Notes: generated from the sequence alone by a model not told the origin. 64,000 nt of DNA from an uncultured Methanomassiliicoccales archaeon (GCA_963695345.1 OY968769.1:2304001-2368000), one strand, 5' to 3'; positions 38,111 to 48,007 are shown, counted from the stretch's first letter. Program-made: numbers and translations.

Positions 38111-39040
38111 ATGGTGGTCAAGAAACGCGACGTCATCTCGATGCTAGACCTCAAGGACGATCTAGAGGACGTCTTGGAATTGGCAGCGCAGCTCAAGAAA
38201 GGGAAGTATCGCAACGCCGAGCCCCTCAAGAACATGACCATGGCCATGTTGTTCGAGAAGGCGAGCACGCGCACCCGGGTATCATTCGAGGTGGGCATGA
38301 CCCAGCTGGGCGGACACGCGATATTCCTCAGCCCCAAGGACATGCAGCTGGGAAGGGGCGAGACGGTCGCTGACACCGCAAAGGTGATGAGCCGCTATGT
38401 CGACGTGATAATGTACCGCGCCTTCAAGCACGAGATCATGTTGGAACTGGCCCAGTGCTCGACAGTTCCGGTGATAAACGCACTGGATGACCTCGAGCAC
38501 CCCTGCCAGATAATGGCCGACCTGCAGACGATCAAGGAACGCAAGGGCAAGCTGGACGGGCTCAAGCTCACCTACGTTGGCGACGGGAACAATGTCTGCA
38601 ACTCCCTAATGCTCGGCGCCGCCATGACCGGCATGGATTTCGTGGCCGGATGCCCCAAGGGATACCAGCCGAACCTCGAACTGGCCAAGAAGGCGAGGGA
38701 GATCGCCGAGGCGAAAGGTCGCACGGTCTCGGTGGTCGAGGACCCCAAGGTGGCAGCCAAGGACGCCGACGTGCTCTATACCGATGTCTGGGTTTCCATG
38801 GGCGAGGAGGACGAGGCGGCCCAGCGGGAACGGGTGTTCAAACCCTATCAGATCAATGCTGACATGTTGTCGCTGGCCAAGGATGATGCGATCGTCCTGC
38901 ACTGCATGCCCGCTCACCGCGGCATGGAGATCAGCGCCGAGGTCTTCGACGGCGAGAGGAGCGTTGTCTTCGATGAGGCGGAGAACCGCCTGCACGCCCA
39001 GAAAGCGATAATCCTGACCGTGATGGGTCACCCTAACTGA
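38111..39040 (+). CDS. argF: Ornithine carbamoyltransferase
   Basis: STRTRVSFE, HPCQ, GDGNNV, TDVWVSMG, HCMP, AENRLH. Confidence 0.96.
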   Translation: MVVKKRDVISMLDLKDDLEDVLELAAQLKKGKYRNAEPLKNMTMAMLFEKASTRTRVSFEVGMTQLGGHAIFLSPKDMQLGRGETVADTAKVMSRYVDVIMYRAFKHEIMLELAQCSTVPVINALDDLEHPCQIMADLQTIKERKGKLDGLKLTYVGDGNNVCNSLMLGAAMTGMDFVAGCPKGYQPNLELAKKAREIAEAKGRTVSVVEDPKVAAKDADVLYTDVWVSMGEEDEAAQRERVFKPYQINADMLSLAKDDAIVLHCMPAHRGMEISAEVFDGERSVVFDEAENRLHAQKAIILTVMGHPN

Positions 39041-40521
39041 GCCGTGACGATACGGTCGATCTCAGCCAGGAAATCCTCTTCCCTTCCCGGCGGTATGGTC
39101 GCGCCGGCGGCGATGTTGTGGCCACCGCCGGTGCCTCCCACCGATTCGGAGGCGCAGCGCATCGCCGATGAAAGGTCAAGACCTCTTTCGACCAGTTCCT
39201 TCGTGCCTCGGGCGGAGGCCTTCGTCATCTCGACGCTGTCGTCATCGACGCTCACCGCGAAAGCGAGCAGCGGTCGATCGCATGGTATTTCCCCCGATCC
39301 GAGCAGCATCCCGGCCACTATGCCGACCACCGTGTCCTCTATCGGCAGACAGAAGGACCCGTCCATGTTCCTCAGGTACTGAACCGATCCAAGCACCACC
39401 CGGTCCTTTCCCTTGACCATCTCGATCGCGCCCTTCAGATTGTCCCGGTGGTTCTGCAGGTTGCGCAGCGCCTTCTGCTTCTCCCGCTTCAGCTGCGGTC
39501 CCTTGATGCAGACCTCCAGTCCGGTCGGTGCCTTCTCGTACCGGCCGCAGGAGTTGAGCAGGGTGGCGAACTCTTTGGCATCGTGCATGACCGTCCCCGG
39601 TTCCTCGCGCACCAGGGAATAGACCTCTCCCATCAGACGGGACGATGCCTCGCTCCCTTGACCGGCCTTATCCAGTATTTCTTTCAGAACACCCACGATG
39701 CGTTCCTTCTCATCGGTCCTGAGGTCCCTCCAACATCTCCAACGGCCGTCCTCCTTGAGCGGTACGCCCTGCTGCCTGAACAGCTCATAGCACAGGGACT
39801 CCTCGTTGGTGAGGTGGGGGAGCCGCGGGTCTGACGAGTACTTGAGGAAGTTCACCAGTGGCCGGGTCTCCCGGCCGAAGTACCGCACGTCCTGTGCGGT
39901 CTTGACCGAACCGACCATTTCCGCATCCTCCAGTATGCGGCGGTTCAATCCGATGAGTCGGCATTCCGAGGAGTCCTGGAAATCTCCCACCGCTCCGACG
40001 ATGGCCAAATGGGCCAAGTCCCGGTTCCTTCCGTCCATCGCCTTGGCGATGGCGTAGGCCGCCCCGGCGCCGCTCAGTTCCTTTGAACCATCGAACCCGA
40101 ACAGGTGCGGGTTGAGGTGCCGGGAATCGCCGGTATCGAAATCCAGGAGGTTCACCTGTCCTTTCTTCCTCGATCTGGGCCGTCCCGCCGGATCCACCTC
40201 ATGGTGATCGGCGATGCACAGCCCGGGATGATCCAGTTTGGACGCGTAGCCGCTCCCCAGGTCCACCAGCAGAACCCCGTCCGATTCGATCCGGTTGATC
40301 CGTTTGATCTCGTTCTCGTCGATCTTCTTGATGAAATTGTATTGAACGTCGATGCGCTGTTCCTGCAGCGACTTGAACGCGATGGACGTGGCGGTGATGC
40401 CGTCCGCGTCTATGTGCCCGACCACCGTGACCTTCCTGCATGTGAGGAGGAAATCCGCTATCTCCTTTGCCTGATTGTCGAACCCCGCCAGGTCCCTATG
40501 CTCTGTGTTCGTAGCCTGCAT
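39028..40521 (-). CDS. RecJ/Cdc45-like DHH family nuclease
   Basis: HIDADG, DLGS, DHH, ELSGAG, AVGD, SARG, GGGHNIAAG. Confidence 0.92.
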   Translation of the reverse strand: MQATNTEHRDLAGFDNQAKEIADFLLTCRKVTVVGHIDADGITATSIAFKSLQEQRIDVQYNFIKKIDENEIKRINRIESDGVLLVDLGSGYASKLDHPGLCIADHHEVDPAGRPRSRKKGQVNLLDFDTGDSRHLNPHLFGFDGSKELSGAGAAYAIAKAMDGRNRDLAHLAIVGAVGDFQDSSECRLIGLNRRILEDAEMVGSVKTAQDVRYFGRETRPLVNFLKYSSDPRLPHLTNEESLCYELFRQQGVPLKEDGRWRCWRDLRTDEKERIVGVLKEILDKAGQGSEASSRLMGEVYSLVREEPGTVMHDAKEFATLLNSCGRYEKAPTGLEVCIKGPQLKREKQKALRNLQNHRDNLKGAIEMVKGKDRVVLGSVQYLRNMDGSFCLPIEDTVVGIVAGMLLGSGEIPCDRPLLAFAVSVDDDSVEMTKASARGTKELVERGLDLSSAMRCASESVGGTGGGHNIAAGATIPPGREEDFLAEIDRIVTAQLG

Positions 40522-41305
40522 TGATGTCCCTCATCATCTTCTCCTTCATGATGTCGTAGACGAGCTCGGCCAACGGTTCCATGTTCTTCACATCCTCGGC
40601 GTTGTACCGGGTGAGCAGGTCCAGGGCGTTCTGATTGCCTTTCCTGCTCCAGAGATGCCACAGGTACACTGCCTGTTCTCCGGTGACATACTCGACCTCC
40701 TGCGGTCTGGAGATACCGATCTGCTGTTCCACGGACTTCAGGCCGCCGTGGTACCCCGCCTTGGGACAGACGTGGCGCAGGTCGAAGTGCGGCACCCGGG
40801 GGACGCAGAAGGGGAACTCGTGCCCTATCATGGGCAGATCGAACGAGCTGCCGTTGAAGGTGACCAGCATCTTCACCCCGTCGAGCGCTTCCTTGATCGA
40901 CGCCTGGTCGAGGCCCTGTCCCCGGACCAAAGTGGTCATCTTGCCGTTACGCATGATCCCCACCATGGTAACCACATGCCCCGGCCCGATCCCATCCGAT
41001 TCGATGTCCAGATAGGCCGTGCCCTGTTTCAGCTCGTCAAAGAGGCGCCATTGCTCGGTGGACGGCAGCAGGCCGCAGAAGTATTCGGAGCGTTCCCGGC
41101 CCAAGTAGTCCTCGGCCTCATTGAGCCGAAGGTCCAGGTCCTCCTTCCTCTTCCTGGAGAAACCGGCGATCGTATCCGTGGAAAGGAACTCGTTCCAGGT
41201 CGTGGTTCCTCGGCTCCAGATCCGCTTTTCGGTGGCCTTGCCGACGCTTGGCAGGAACAAGAAGGAACGGCGTATCATCCGTTGGCGGACGCTCTGCCTA
41301 ATCAT
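40496..41305 (-). CDS. YprB-like RNase H-fold exonuclease
   Basis: YLDIES, TFNGSSFDLP, HFDL, GGLKSVEQQIG, YNAEDV. The start may be ATG 41278. Confidence 0.88.
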   Translation of the reverse strand: MIRQSVRQRMIRRSFLFLPSVGKATEKRIWSRGTTTWNEFLSTDTIAGFSRKRKEDLDLRLNEAEDYLGRERSEYFCGLLPSTEQWRLFDELKQGTAYLDIESDGIGPGHVVTMVGIMRNGKMTTLVRGQGLDQASIKEALDGVKMLVTFNGSSFDLPMIGHEFPFCVPRVPHFDLRHVCPKAGYHGGLKSVEQQIGISRPQEVEYVTGEQAVYLWHLWSRKGNQNALDLLTRYNAEDVKNMEPLAELVYDIMKEKMMRDINAGYEHRA

Positions 41306-41419
41306 ATCGTTTTCTATCGGTCACACGAAAGTGGCCGATCTAGATCGGACGGAACGGGCTCCCCATTGTTCAAAAGGTTCAAGTCCTGAATGCTTGTTTG
41401 TTCCGCAAGGTAGAGCCCG

Positions 41420-42148
41420 ATGTTCAACGTCCAGATATTTCCCGGGGTCAGGATCACCAACGACCTCTGCCTTTGGATGGAGGACCGGGGTACGCTGGCC
41501 ATGGCCGACCTCCATATCGGTCTGGAAGCGGCGCTGGAGCTGACCGGGGTGCACCTCCCGAGGATCCAGTCAGCCACCATGAAGGAGTCGCTCATCCGCA
41601 TCATGGACCGGTACGATCCCGACACCGTTCTGATCCTGGGCGATCTCAAGCACGAGTTCTCCGGCAATCTCGACCAGGAATGGAAGGACGTCAGGGACAT
41701 CCTTTCGATGCTCAGGGACACCGCCACGGTGAAGGTGGCCAAGGGTAACCACGACAACTATCTGGCGAACATATCGCATAGGTTGGGGATCGAGGTCGCC
41801 GACAGTTTCGAGATCGACGGAATCGCCTTCATGCACGGGCACGCCATGAGCCCGCACCGGCCCCTGGTGATCGGGCACGAGCATCCGTCCGTACGCATCT
41901 TCGACCGGGTGGGGGCGTATCTGAAGCTTCCCTGCTTCCTCCATTTTGAAAAAGAGCAGATACTGGTGCTGCCAGCGTTCTCGCCCCTTTCCTCCGGCAC
42001 GGACTTCACCAACCTGGGACGGGCCGATACCATGTCGCCGGTCCTGGAGGGCGCGGACATTGAGGACGCCAAGGTCTACGCCTGCACCGAGATAGGCCTT
42101 CTCTCCATGGGCACCATCAGGGACCTGGGCCGGATCAGGACGTTCTGA
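41420..42148 (+). CDS. ICC-like metallophosphoesterase (COG1407-type)
   Basis: DLHIG, GDLKH, GNHD, HGH, GHEHP, LPAFSP. Confidence 0.9.
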   Translation: MFNVQIFPGVRITNDLCLWMEDRGTLAMADLHIGLEAALELTGVHLPRIQSATMKESLIRIMDRYDPDTVLILGDLKHEFSGNLDQEWKDVRDILSMLRDTATVKVAKGNHDNYLANISHRLGIEVADSFEIDGIAFMHGHAMSPHRPLVIGHEHPSVRIFDRVGAYLKLPCFLHFEKEQILVLPAFSPLSSGTDFTNLGRADTMSPVLEGADIEDAKVYACTEIGLLSMGTIRDLGRIRTF

Positions 42149-42163
42149 TCGAGCGTCAGTGGG

Positions 42164-42511
42164 TCATGACTTCTCGTTCTTTGGTTCGTTCCTGACCTCC
42201 CAGGCCAGGAACACGCTCAGCACCGTCCTGATACCAACCACGACGGCCAGCAGCAACAGGTCGTTGAAGGTGGGGGCCACGAACGATGTCAATATGTCTC
42301 CGGCAATGAAGAAGTCAAGTCCGAGCACGATCAGCTGGGTGAACCGGCGCTTGATATCGGAATATTCCATCGGTCTCCGCAGGAGAGCGTTGTACGTGAG
42401 CCTCCCGGCCGCCCAGAACCCTCCCAGCGATACTATCACCACCCCGATGGCGCTGAAGATGAGGGTAAGGAAGTTGGTCACGTCCGTCAGCGGGGTGAAT
42501 GTGATGGCCAT
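42164..42511 (-). CDS. DUF1622 family membrane protein
   Basis: LGLDFFIAGDILTS..PTFNDL..LAVVVGIRTVLS.FL..E. Lies 8 nt downstream of echF. Confidence 0.85.
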   Translation of the reverse strand: MAITFTPLTDVTNFLTLIFSAIGVVIVSLGGFWAAGRLTYNALLRRPMEYSDIKRRFTQLIVLGLDFFIAGDILTSFVAPTFNDLLLLAVVVGIRTVLSVFLAWEVRNEPKNEKS

Positions 42512-42519
42512 GGCGACAC

Positions 42520-42999
42520 CTACTCCGGGCCGGGCTCCGAGGCCGGTTCGGTGACTGCAGGCTCCGGGAGCGCGCCGTTGACCTCCGGCTCATCCGGTCG
42601 TTTCCTCAGCCTCAATTTCTCGCTCGGCGGTATCTGGATCACCTGATACTCGAACGGTTTCATTTCCAGCCCGTAGACGTGCGTCTCCCTCAGGTAGACC
42701 GCGTCCGAATACTTGGGCTCCATGGAGATGGTGTTGGTGGGGCAGACATCGACGCAGGTGCGGCAGGCTATGCACTTGGCGCGGACGATGGTCTGGGTCT
42801 TGCGCGTCTTGTCGGTGGTGATGGCCAGCGTGGGGCAGTTCTTCTCGCAGAGGCGGCACCAGATGCACTTCTTCATGTCCCACACCACCCGGCCCCGGTT
42901 GCTGTCCGGTATGTCCGCCTTCTCGTATGGATACAGCACGGTCTTGGGGCGGGAGAACAGGTTCTTCAGTGTGCTCTTCAGCATCGACATGTGGATCAC
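42520..42999 (-). CDS. echF: Ech hydrogenase subunit F (2x[4Fe-4S])
   Basis: KNLFSRPKT..YP; CIWCRLCEKNCP and CIACRTCVDVCP. Confidence 0.9.
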   Translation of the reverse strand: MIHMSMLKSTLKNLFSRPKTVLYPYEKADIPDSNRGRVVWDMKKCIWCRLCEKNCPTLAITTDKTRKTQTIVRAKCIACRTCVDVCPTNTISMEPKYSDAVYLRETHVYGLEMKPFEYQVIQIPPSEKLRLRKRPDEPEVNGALPEPAVTEPASEPGPE

Positions 43000-44078
43000 C
43001 TATCACAGCAGCATATGCACGGATCGACCGACACCGCGATCGGCGCCACGTCCGCCAGCTGCGCCCCGCCGATCATCGCCGCGATGGCCGGGATGTTGAC
43101 GAAGGCCGGGGTCCGTACATTAATGCAATCAAGCTTGACCTCTCCCTTGGCCTTGACGAAGTAAAAGAGCTCCCCTCTTGGCGCCTCGACCCTGCCCACG
43201 CCCTCGGCGGTCGGTATTCCCTTAACCGGCGTCAGGAACGGCTCGTCGCGTATCAGGTTCAAGGCCTGCCGGATCAGGTCGACGGATTGAATGACCTCGT
43301 CCATGCGGACCATGTTGCGGGCGTAGACATCGCCCTCCTCGTAGCATATCGGCTGGAACTTCATGCCGTCCACCCCGTATCCGGCGAATCCGGTCAGGCG
43401 GATATCGTGGGGCATGCCGCTTCCCCGTCCCACCGGACCGACCACGCAATAGCTCTCCGCCTCCGGTTTCTTCAGGATGCCCACTCCCCTCGTCCTCTTC
43501 CGGAACGTGCTGTCCCTGCGGATGACCTTCTGCAGCTCCAGGAACTTCGGCTCAATGAGGTCCATGGTCTTCTCGACGTCCCTCAGCTGCTCATAGGTGA
43601 CATCCTTCCTCAGGCCGCCGATCGCGTTCATGCTGTAGTGGACCCGGTTGCCCGAGACCCGGTTCACCAGCATCATGATCTCCTCCCTCTCCCGGAAGAA
43701 CTGCATGAACAGGTTCTCGTAGCCCAGCGCCTCCGCGGTGTGGCCCAGGGCCAGCAGGTGCGAGGTCAGCCTTTGGCATTCCATCATGATGGTGCGGACC
43801 AGGTTGGCCCGGTCGCTCACCTTCACGCCGAACGCGTTCTCCATGGCCTGGACATAGGCCGATGAGTGATGGTAGGAACAGATCCCGCAGATCCTTTCGC
43901 AGAGGAACAAGGTGCGCTTGTAGTCCTGGGCCATGGCGTGTTCCATTCCCCGGTGGTTATAGCCGATGTTGATGGTGGCACCGACCACCTTCTCCTCCTC
44001 CAGGACCAGCTTGAGGTTCATCGGCTCCAGGAAACTGGAGTGCTGGGGTCCGAACGGGATCACGCTGGTGCGGCTCAT
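42996..44078 (-). CDS. echE: Ech hydrogenase large [NiFe] subunit E
   Basis: PFGPQH, HRGME, ERICGIC (L1), EAPRGE, DPCICCCDR (L2). No cleavable tail. Confidence 0.93.
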   Translation of the reverse strand: MSRTSVIPFGPQHSSFLEPMNLKLVLEEEKVVGATINIGYNHRGMEHAMAQDYKRTLFLCERICGICSYHHSSAYVQAMENAFGVKVSDRANLVRTIMMECQRLTSHLLALGHTAEALGYENLFMQFFREREEIMMLVNRVSGNRVHYSMNAIGGLRKDVTYEQLRDVEKTMDLIEPKFLELQKVIRRDSTFRKRTRGVGILKKPEAESYCVVGPVGRGSGMPHDIRLTGFAGYGVDGMKFQPICYEEGDVYARNMVRMDEVIQSVDLIRQALNLIRDEPFLTPVKGIPTAEGVGRVEAPRGELFYFVKAKGEVKLDCINVRTPAFVNIPAIAAMIGGAQLADVAPIAVSVDPCICCCDR

Positions 44079-44515
44079 TTTTCGGCCTCCTTGGCAACCG
44101 CAGACGGGATCGGTGCCGCCGGCGATGCCCCGGGGGCCGGTGGGGGCGGCACCGCCTGCTTGAGCGGTTTCCGGAGCGGGGCCACGATTCCCTTTCCCGG
44201 TGTGAGCAGAAGGCCCCCTTCTATCCCCTTGAAATGAAGCCCCATCATGTCCACGACCTCCCGCTCCATGTTCACCGCCGCGGCATAATATGAGGAGAGG
44301 CTGTCGAGCTCGTCCTCGGCCTTGACCAGGTAACGTACGTCGGTATACTGGTTGTTGTAGTGGAAGCCGTAGATCAGTTCGAAGGTCCCATCGGTGTTAT
44401 CGATGGCGATGATGGTGATCAGCCTCGGTCTGGGGAACTTCAGCTCCATCCGGTCTATCCTGGCCTTTATGTCATTGACCGGTTTCGGTTCCTTGACGCT
44501 TGATCCATCGCTCAT
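44075..44515 (-). CDS. echD: Ech hydrogenase subunit D (NuoC-like)
   Basis: RLITI..ELIYGF..SLSSYY.AA..EREVVDMMGLHFKG; operon position. Confidence 0.85.
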   Translation of the reverse strand: MSDGSSVKEPKPVNDIKARIDRMELKFPRPRLITIIAIDNTDGTFELIYGFHYNNQYTDVRYLVKAEDELDSLSSYYAAAVNMEREVVDMMGLHFKGIEGGLLLTPGKGIVAPLRKPLKQAVPPPPAPGASPAAPIPSAVAKEAEK

Positions 44516-45012
44516 TGCTTGACCTCCGGAGACGTGACCGCACCCTCATCCGCATTCTCCCCCGATCCCTGTTCGGGGCTTTGCGCCGCCGCCTTCTCCT
44601 TCCATTTCGATATCGCCAGCACGACGCCGTCGATTATCGCCTCGGGACGGCAGGCGCATCCCGGAACATAGACGTCGACCGGAATGACCCGGTCGATGCC
44701 GCCATCCACGTTGTAGCAATCAAAGAACGGCACCCCGTTCGTGGCGCAGTTGCCGCATGCCACCACCACCTTCGGTCCGGGCGTCTGGTTGTATAGGGTC
44801 ATCAGTCGGTCCTCGGTCTTCTTGGTGACCGGTCCGGTGAGCAGGAGGATGTCCGCGTGCTTGGGGTTGGCCTTGTTGACCATGCCGAACCGTTCCACGT
44901 CGTACTTCGGAGTGAGCAGTGCCCACACCTCCAGGTCGCATCCGTTGCAGCTCCCGGTATCGAAGTGCAGTATCCATGGGCTTCTCATCCGCATTCTGTC
45001 CATCAAGGCCAT
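44512..45012 (-). CDS. echC: Ech hydrogenase small subunit C
   Basis: SPW..GSCNGCDLE, PKHAD, GNCA, VPGCACRP. Confidence 0.92.
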   Translation of the reverse strand: MALMDRMRMRSPWILHFDTGSCNGCDLEVWALLTPKYDVERFGMVNKANPKHADILLLTGPVTKKTEDRLMTLYNQTPGPKVVVACGNCATNGVPFFDCYNVDGGIDRVIPVDVYVPGCACRPEAIIDGVVLAISKWKEKAAAQSPEQGSGENADEGAVTSPEVKQ

Positions 45013-45881
45013 CTGAACACCCCTTTGTCCGCCAGGAACACTATCAGTATGTTGGCCGCCGTCAAGCTAATTCCGAAAGCCAAGGTGAACCGCACCATCC
45101 TGTTCCGGGTAAGCCTGGCGGAGCTGTTGTCGATGATCAGCGCCACCAGGAAGAAAGCCAGTACGATGATCGTTTTCCCGATCACGCTTACGTAGAAGTT
45201 CGGGTCGTGGAAGAACAGCGTCATGATGCCGAACACGATGCCCAGCTCGAACCAGTGGGCGATCTCGGTATACGCCAGGTACCGTCCGGAATACTCCACG
45301 TAGGGTCCGGATATGATCTCGGTATGCGCCACGGCGATATCGTACGGTGATTTCTCCATCTTTATGAGCACGACCGGAAGAAGGGACAGCAGCGCCAGAG
45401 GGAGGACCACGATAAGGTTCTGGGTTACCCCGTTGGAGAGGAAGGTTCCCTGCCGATAGCCGATGGCGAAGATCGCCAGGAACAGGACCGGTTCATACGC
45501 CAGTATCTGCAGCAGTTCCCTTTGCGCCCCGAAGTACGAGAATGGGGAGCGGGCGCTGAAGGCGCCCATCACCAGGGAGAATGAACCCGCTCCGGAAACG
45601 AAGAATACGATCAGGAGGTCACCGCCGGTGATCAATAGGACCAGGGCCGCCACCTGAAGCAGCATCGCCGCCACACCGAACACCGCCTGGCTGTTGTTCA
45701 TCACCCTTCGTTCCTTTCCGAACAGTTTTATCAGGTCATAGAACGGCTGAAGTATCGGGGGGCCGACGCGGTTCTGCATGCGGGCGGTGAGCTTCCGGTC
45801 AATGCCCATCAGCAATCCGACCGCGAAGGGTGAGGCGAAGATCAGCAGAAGCATCACCATCAGGTCCTCCGTCGTGCTCAT
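45003..45881 (-). CDS. echB: Ech hydrogenase membrane subunit B (NuoH-like)
   Basis: Start MSTTEDL overlaps the echA stop; GIDRKLTARMQNRVGPP..QPFYD, SPYD, EYSG. Confidence 0.9.
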   Translation of the reverse strand: MSTTEDLMVMLLLIFASPFAVGLLMGIDRKLTARMQNRVGPPILQPFYDLIKLFGKERRVMNNSQAVFGVAAMLLQVAALVLLITGGDLLIVFFVSGAGSFSLVMGAFSARSPFSYFGAQRELLQILAYEPVLFLAIFAIGYRQGTFLSNGVTQNLIVVLPLALLSLLPVVLIKMEKSPYDIAVAHTEIISGPYVEYSGRYLAYTEIAHWFELGIVFGIMTLFFHDPNFYVSVIGKTIIVLAFFLVALIIDNSSARLTRNRMVRFTLAFGISLTAANILIVFLADKGVFRWP

Positions 45882-47764
45882 TTGAACACCTCCAATGCGA
45901 GCGGCAATGAGATCAGGGCGATGAGCAGAAGGACCGCCGTCACGTTGGTCGCCCGGGTCATGAGCCTCTCCGTCCCCTCGTCCGCGTAGTACAGGCCGCC
46001 CAGCTCGAAGACCGGGTCTTCCCCGCCAGCATAGGCTTGGCTGAGGTCCTTCCGGTCCGGCCTCAGAAGGAATCCCAGGCCCAGGAATATCAGGCCGACC
46101 ACGATGAGCACCAGGACGATGGGGAACGCGCCCAGGCCGGTGGTCAGGGAGATGGTCTCGTCCCCGATCGGTGCAATGTAGTACCTGGTCACGAAGGGGT
46201 CCACCAGGTATTTGGTCACCAGGTTGACGGCGAAGGAGAGGACGATCCCCGCGACAAGCAGCGCCCCCAAGGTGAATAGGTAGAGCACCGGTACCTTCTC
46301 CCTCAGGATGGTCCTCCTTTCCGTCGTCGGCCCGGTGGCGAAGATCCGGCCCAGCCATTTGCCGTAGTAGACGATAGAGGCGGCAAATCCCACCGACAGG
46401 ATGATGCCGATCAACGGGAACGATATGTTCGCCTCAGACACGATCCACTTCCCGGCGAACATACCGAACGGCGGGAGCAGGATCATGAATACCCCGACGA
46501 AAATGGCCATCGAGACGAAAGGCATACGGTCCCGGAGGTTGGCCATGTTCTCGATGTCCTCCGATCCGGTCTCGTCCTTCACCACCCCGACGGCCATGAA
46601 CAGCAGGGCCTTCGATATCGCATGGAACAACAGAATGATGATCGCGGCGGTGATGGACAGGGGAGTGTTCAGCCCGACGCAGACAATGATCAGGCCGAGA
46701 TTCCCGATCGTTGAATAGGCCAGCACCCGCTTGGAATTGCTCTGGGCGATCGCCAGCAGGGATGTGGCCAGGAAAGATGCCGCTCCCACGATCCCGATGA
46801 TCCACAGCAGGAGGTCCTGGCCCAGCAGGTTGGGGGAGAGGCGGAGCAGCAGGTAGACCCCCAGGTTGACCATGGTGGCAGAATGGAGCAGGGCGGACAC
46901 CGGAGTGGGGGCCACCATGGCTCCGAGAAGCCACTTCTGGAACGGAACCTGGGCCGACTTGGTGAACGCGGCCACCGCCATCAAGGCGAACGGCAGGAGC
47001 TGCAGCCCCAGGATGCTGGTACCTGTCGGGAGCGCGGAGATGGTGAGGGTGTTGAAGTAATAGTATATGAGGACGATCGAGGCGAGCAATAGCATACCGC
47101 CTCCCAGGGTGATCTCGGCGGCTATCCGGGCAGACCTCTTGGCCTCAACCGTCTTGGTATGTCCGATGAGCAGGAAGGAGGTCAGCGTGGTGACCTCCCA
47201 GAAGAAGAATAGCCAGAGGAGGTCGTTGCAGAAGACCGCACCGTTCATGGCTCCCACGAAGATGAGCATCGCCGCGAAGAAGCGGGGCTGGTTCCCGTCG
47301 TTCTTCATGTATCGCAGCGCGTAGAGGATAATGGCCGTTCCGACCAGCGAGGTGATGAGCATCATGACGATGCTGAGATAATCGGCGAAGATGGCCGGGT
47401 CCGCCTCCTTGCCCATGATCGCAGATTGAAAGATGGCCATCGGCGCGATCTGCAGGAACGAGAACAGGACTATCCACTTGCTCTTCTCCCTGACCCCTAT
47501 GTAGAGGAAATACGCCATCAGGACAAGGTCGAGGAACAGTATGATCCATTCCATGGGGAAGAGGTCGGCGGCGTTGACCGCCACCGTCTCGATGCCATTG
47601 ACCGCCATATACCCTAAAAGGCCTATCGCCAGCAGGACAGTGATGAACGATGTGACGGCCACTATGACCCAGGGCGAGGTACCTCGCCTCCTGGTCATGC
47701 ATAAGATACCTCCCAGGGTTGGGGCGGCGATCAAAAGGAGGAGATACAAGGTAGTGGCCTGCAT
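45878..47764 (-). CDS. echA: Ech hydrogenase antiporter-like membrane subunit A (NuoL-like)
   Basis: FWEVTTLTSFLLIG, TKSAQVPF..WL..AMVAPTPVSALLHSATMV, KRVLAYST, HAISKALLF. Confidence 0.9.
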   Translation of the reverse strand: MQATTLYLLLLIAAPTLGGILCMTRRRGTSPWVIVAVTSFITVLLAIGLLGYMAVNGIETVAVNAADLFPMEWIILFLDLVLMAYFLYIGVREKSKWIVLFSFLQIAPMAIFQSAIMGKEADPAIFADYLSIVMMLITSLVGTAIILYALRYMKNDGNQPRFFAAMLIFVGAMNGAVFCNDLLWLFFFWEVTTLTSFLLIGHTKTVEAKRSARIAAEITLGGGMLLLASIVLIYYYFNTLTISALPTGTSILGLQLLPFALMAVAAFTKSAQVPFQKWLLGAMVAPTPVSALLHSATMVNLGVYLLLRLSPNLLGQDLLLWIIGIVGAASFLATSLLAIAQSNSKRVLAYSTIGNLGLIIVCVGLNTPLSITAAIIILLFHAISKALLFMAVGVVKDETGSEDIENMANLRDRMPFVSMAIFVGVFMILLPPFGMFAGKWIVSEANISFPLIGIILSVGFAASIVYYGKWLGRIFATGPTTERRTILREKVPVLYLFTLGALLVAGIVLSFAVNLVTKYLVDPFVTRYYIAPIGDETISLTTGLGAFPIVLVLIVVGLIFLGLGFLLRPDRKDLSQAYAGGEDPVFELGGLYYADEGTERLMTRATNVTAVLLLIALISLPLALEVFK

Positions 47765-47911
47765 ATAACCAGGACACCATTCCAATGCCACCCATATTAT
47801 GTTTGCCATGCGGGACATAAAAACCAATTCGAGCTGGCCGAGATCGTCATGACCTGACTTTCGTGGGAAATCTAATTAGTTGATAACGCGTTGGAGGGAT
47901 GGGGTCGTCCA

Positions 47912-48007
47912 TTGGCAGAATGCATCGTGTGTGGTTCGGTCATGAAGAAGAATCAGAAAAAGTGCCCAAACTGTGGTGCATCGCAGGATGAGGATGACGA
48001 TTATTGA
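47912..48007 (+). CDS. 31-aa single zinc-finger microprotein (not in ORF track)
   Basis: TTG GCA GAA TGC...TAT TGA reads MAECIVCGSVMKKNQKKCPNCGASQDEDDDY (CxxCG-x9-CPxCG). Purine-rich GGAGGGATGGGG upstream. Confidence 0.7.
   Translation: MAECIVCGSVMKKNQKKCPNCGASQDEDDDY

Noticed and set aside
45882-46358. N-terminal extensions of EchB and of the 24328..25776 ORF
   Set aside because: They overlap upstream genes out of frame. The real starts at 45881 and 25425 form ATGA overlaps.
47898-47913. GATGG-N6-CCATT as a third operator copy
   Set aside because: The spacing is wrong, one base mismatches, and it coincides with the RBS and start of the microprotein.
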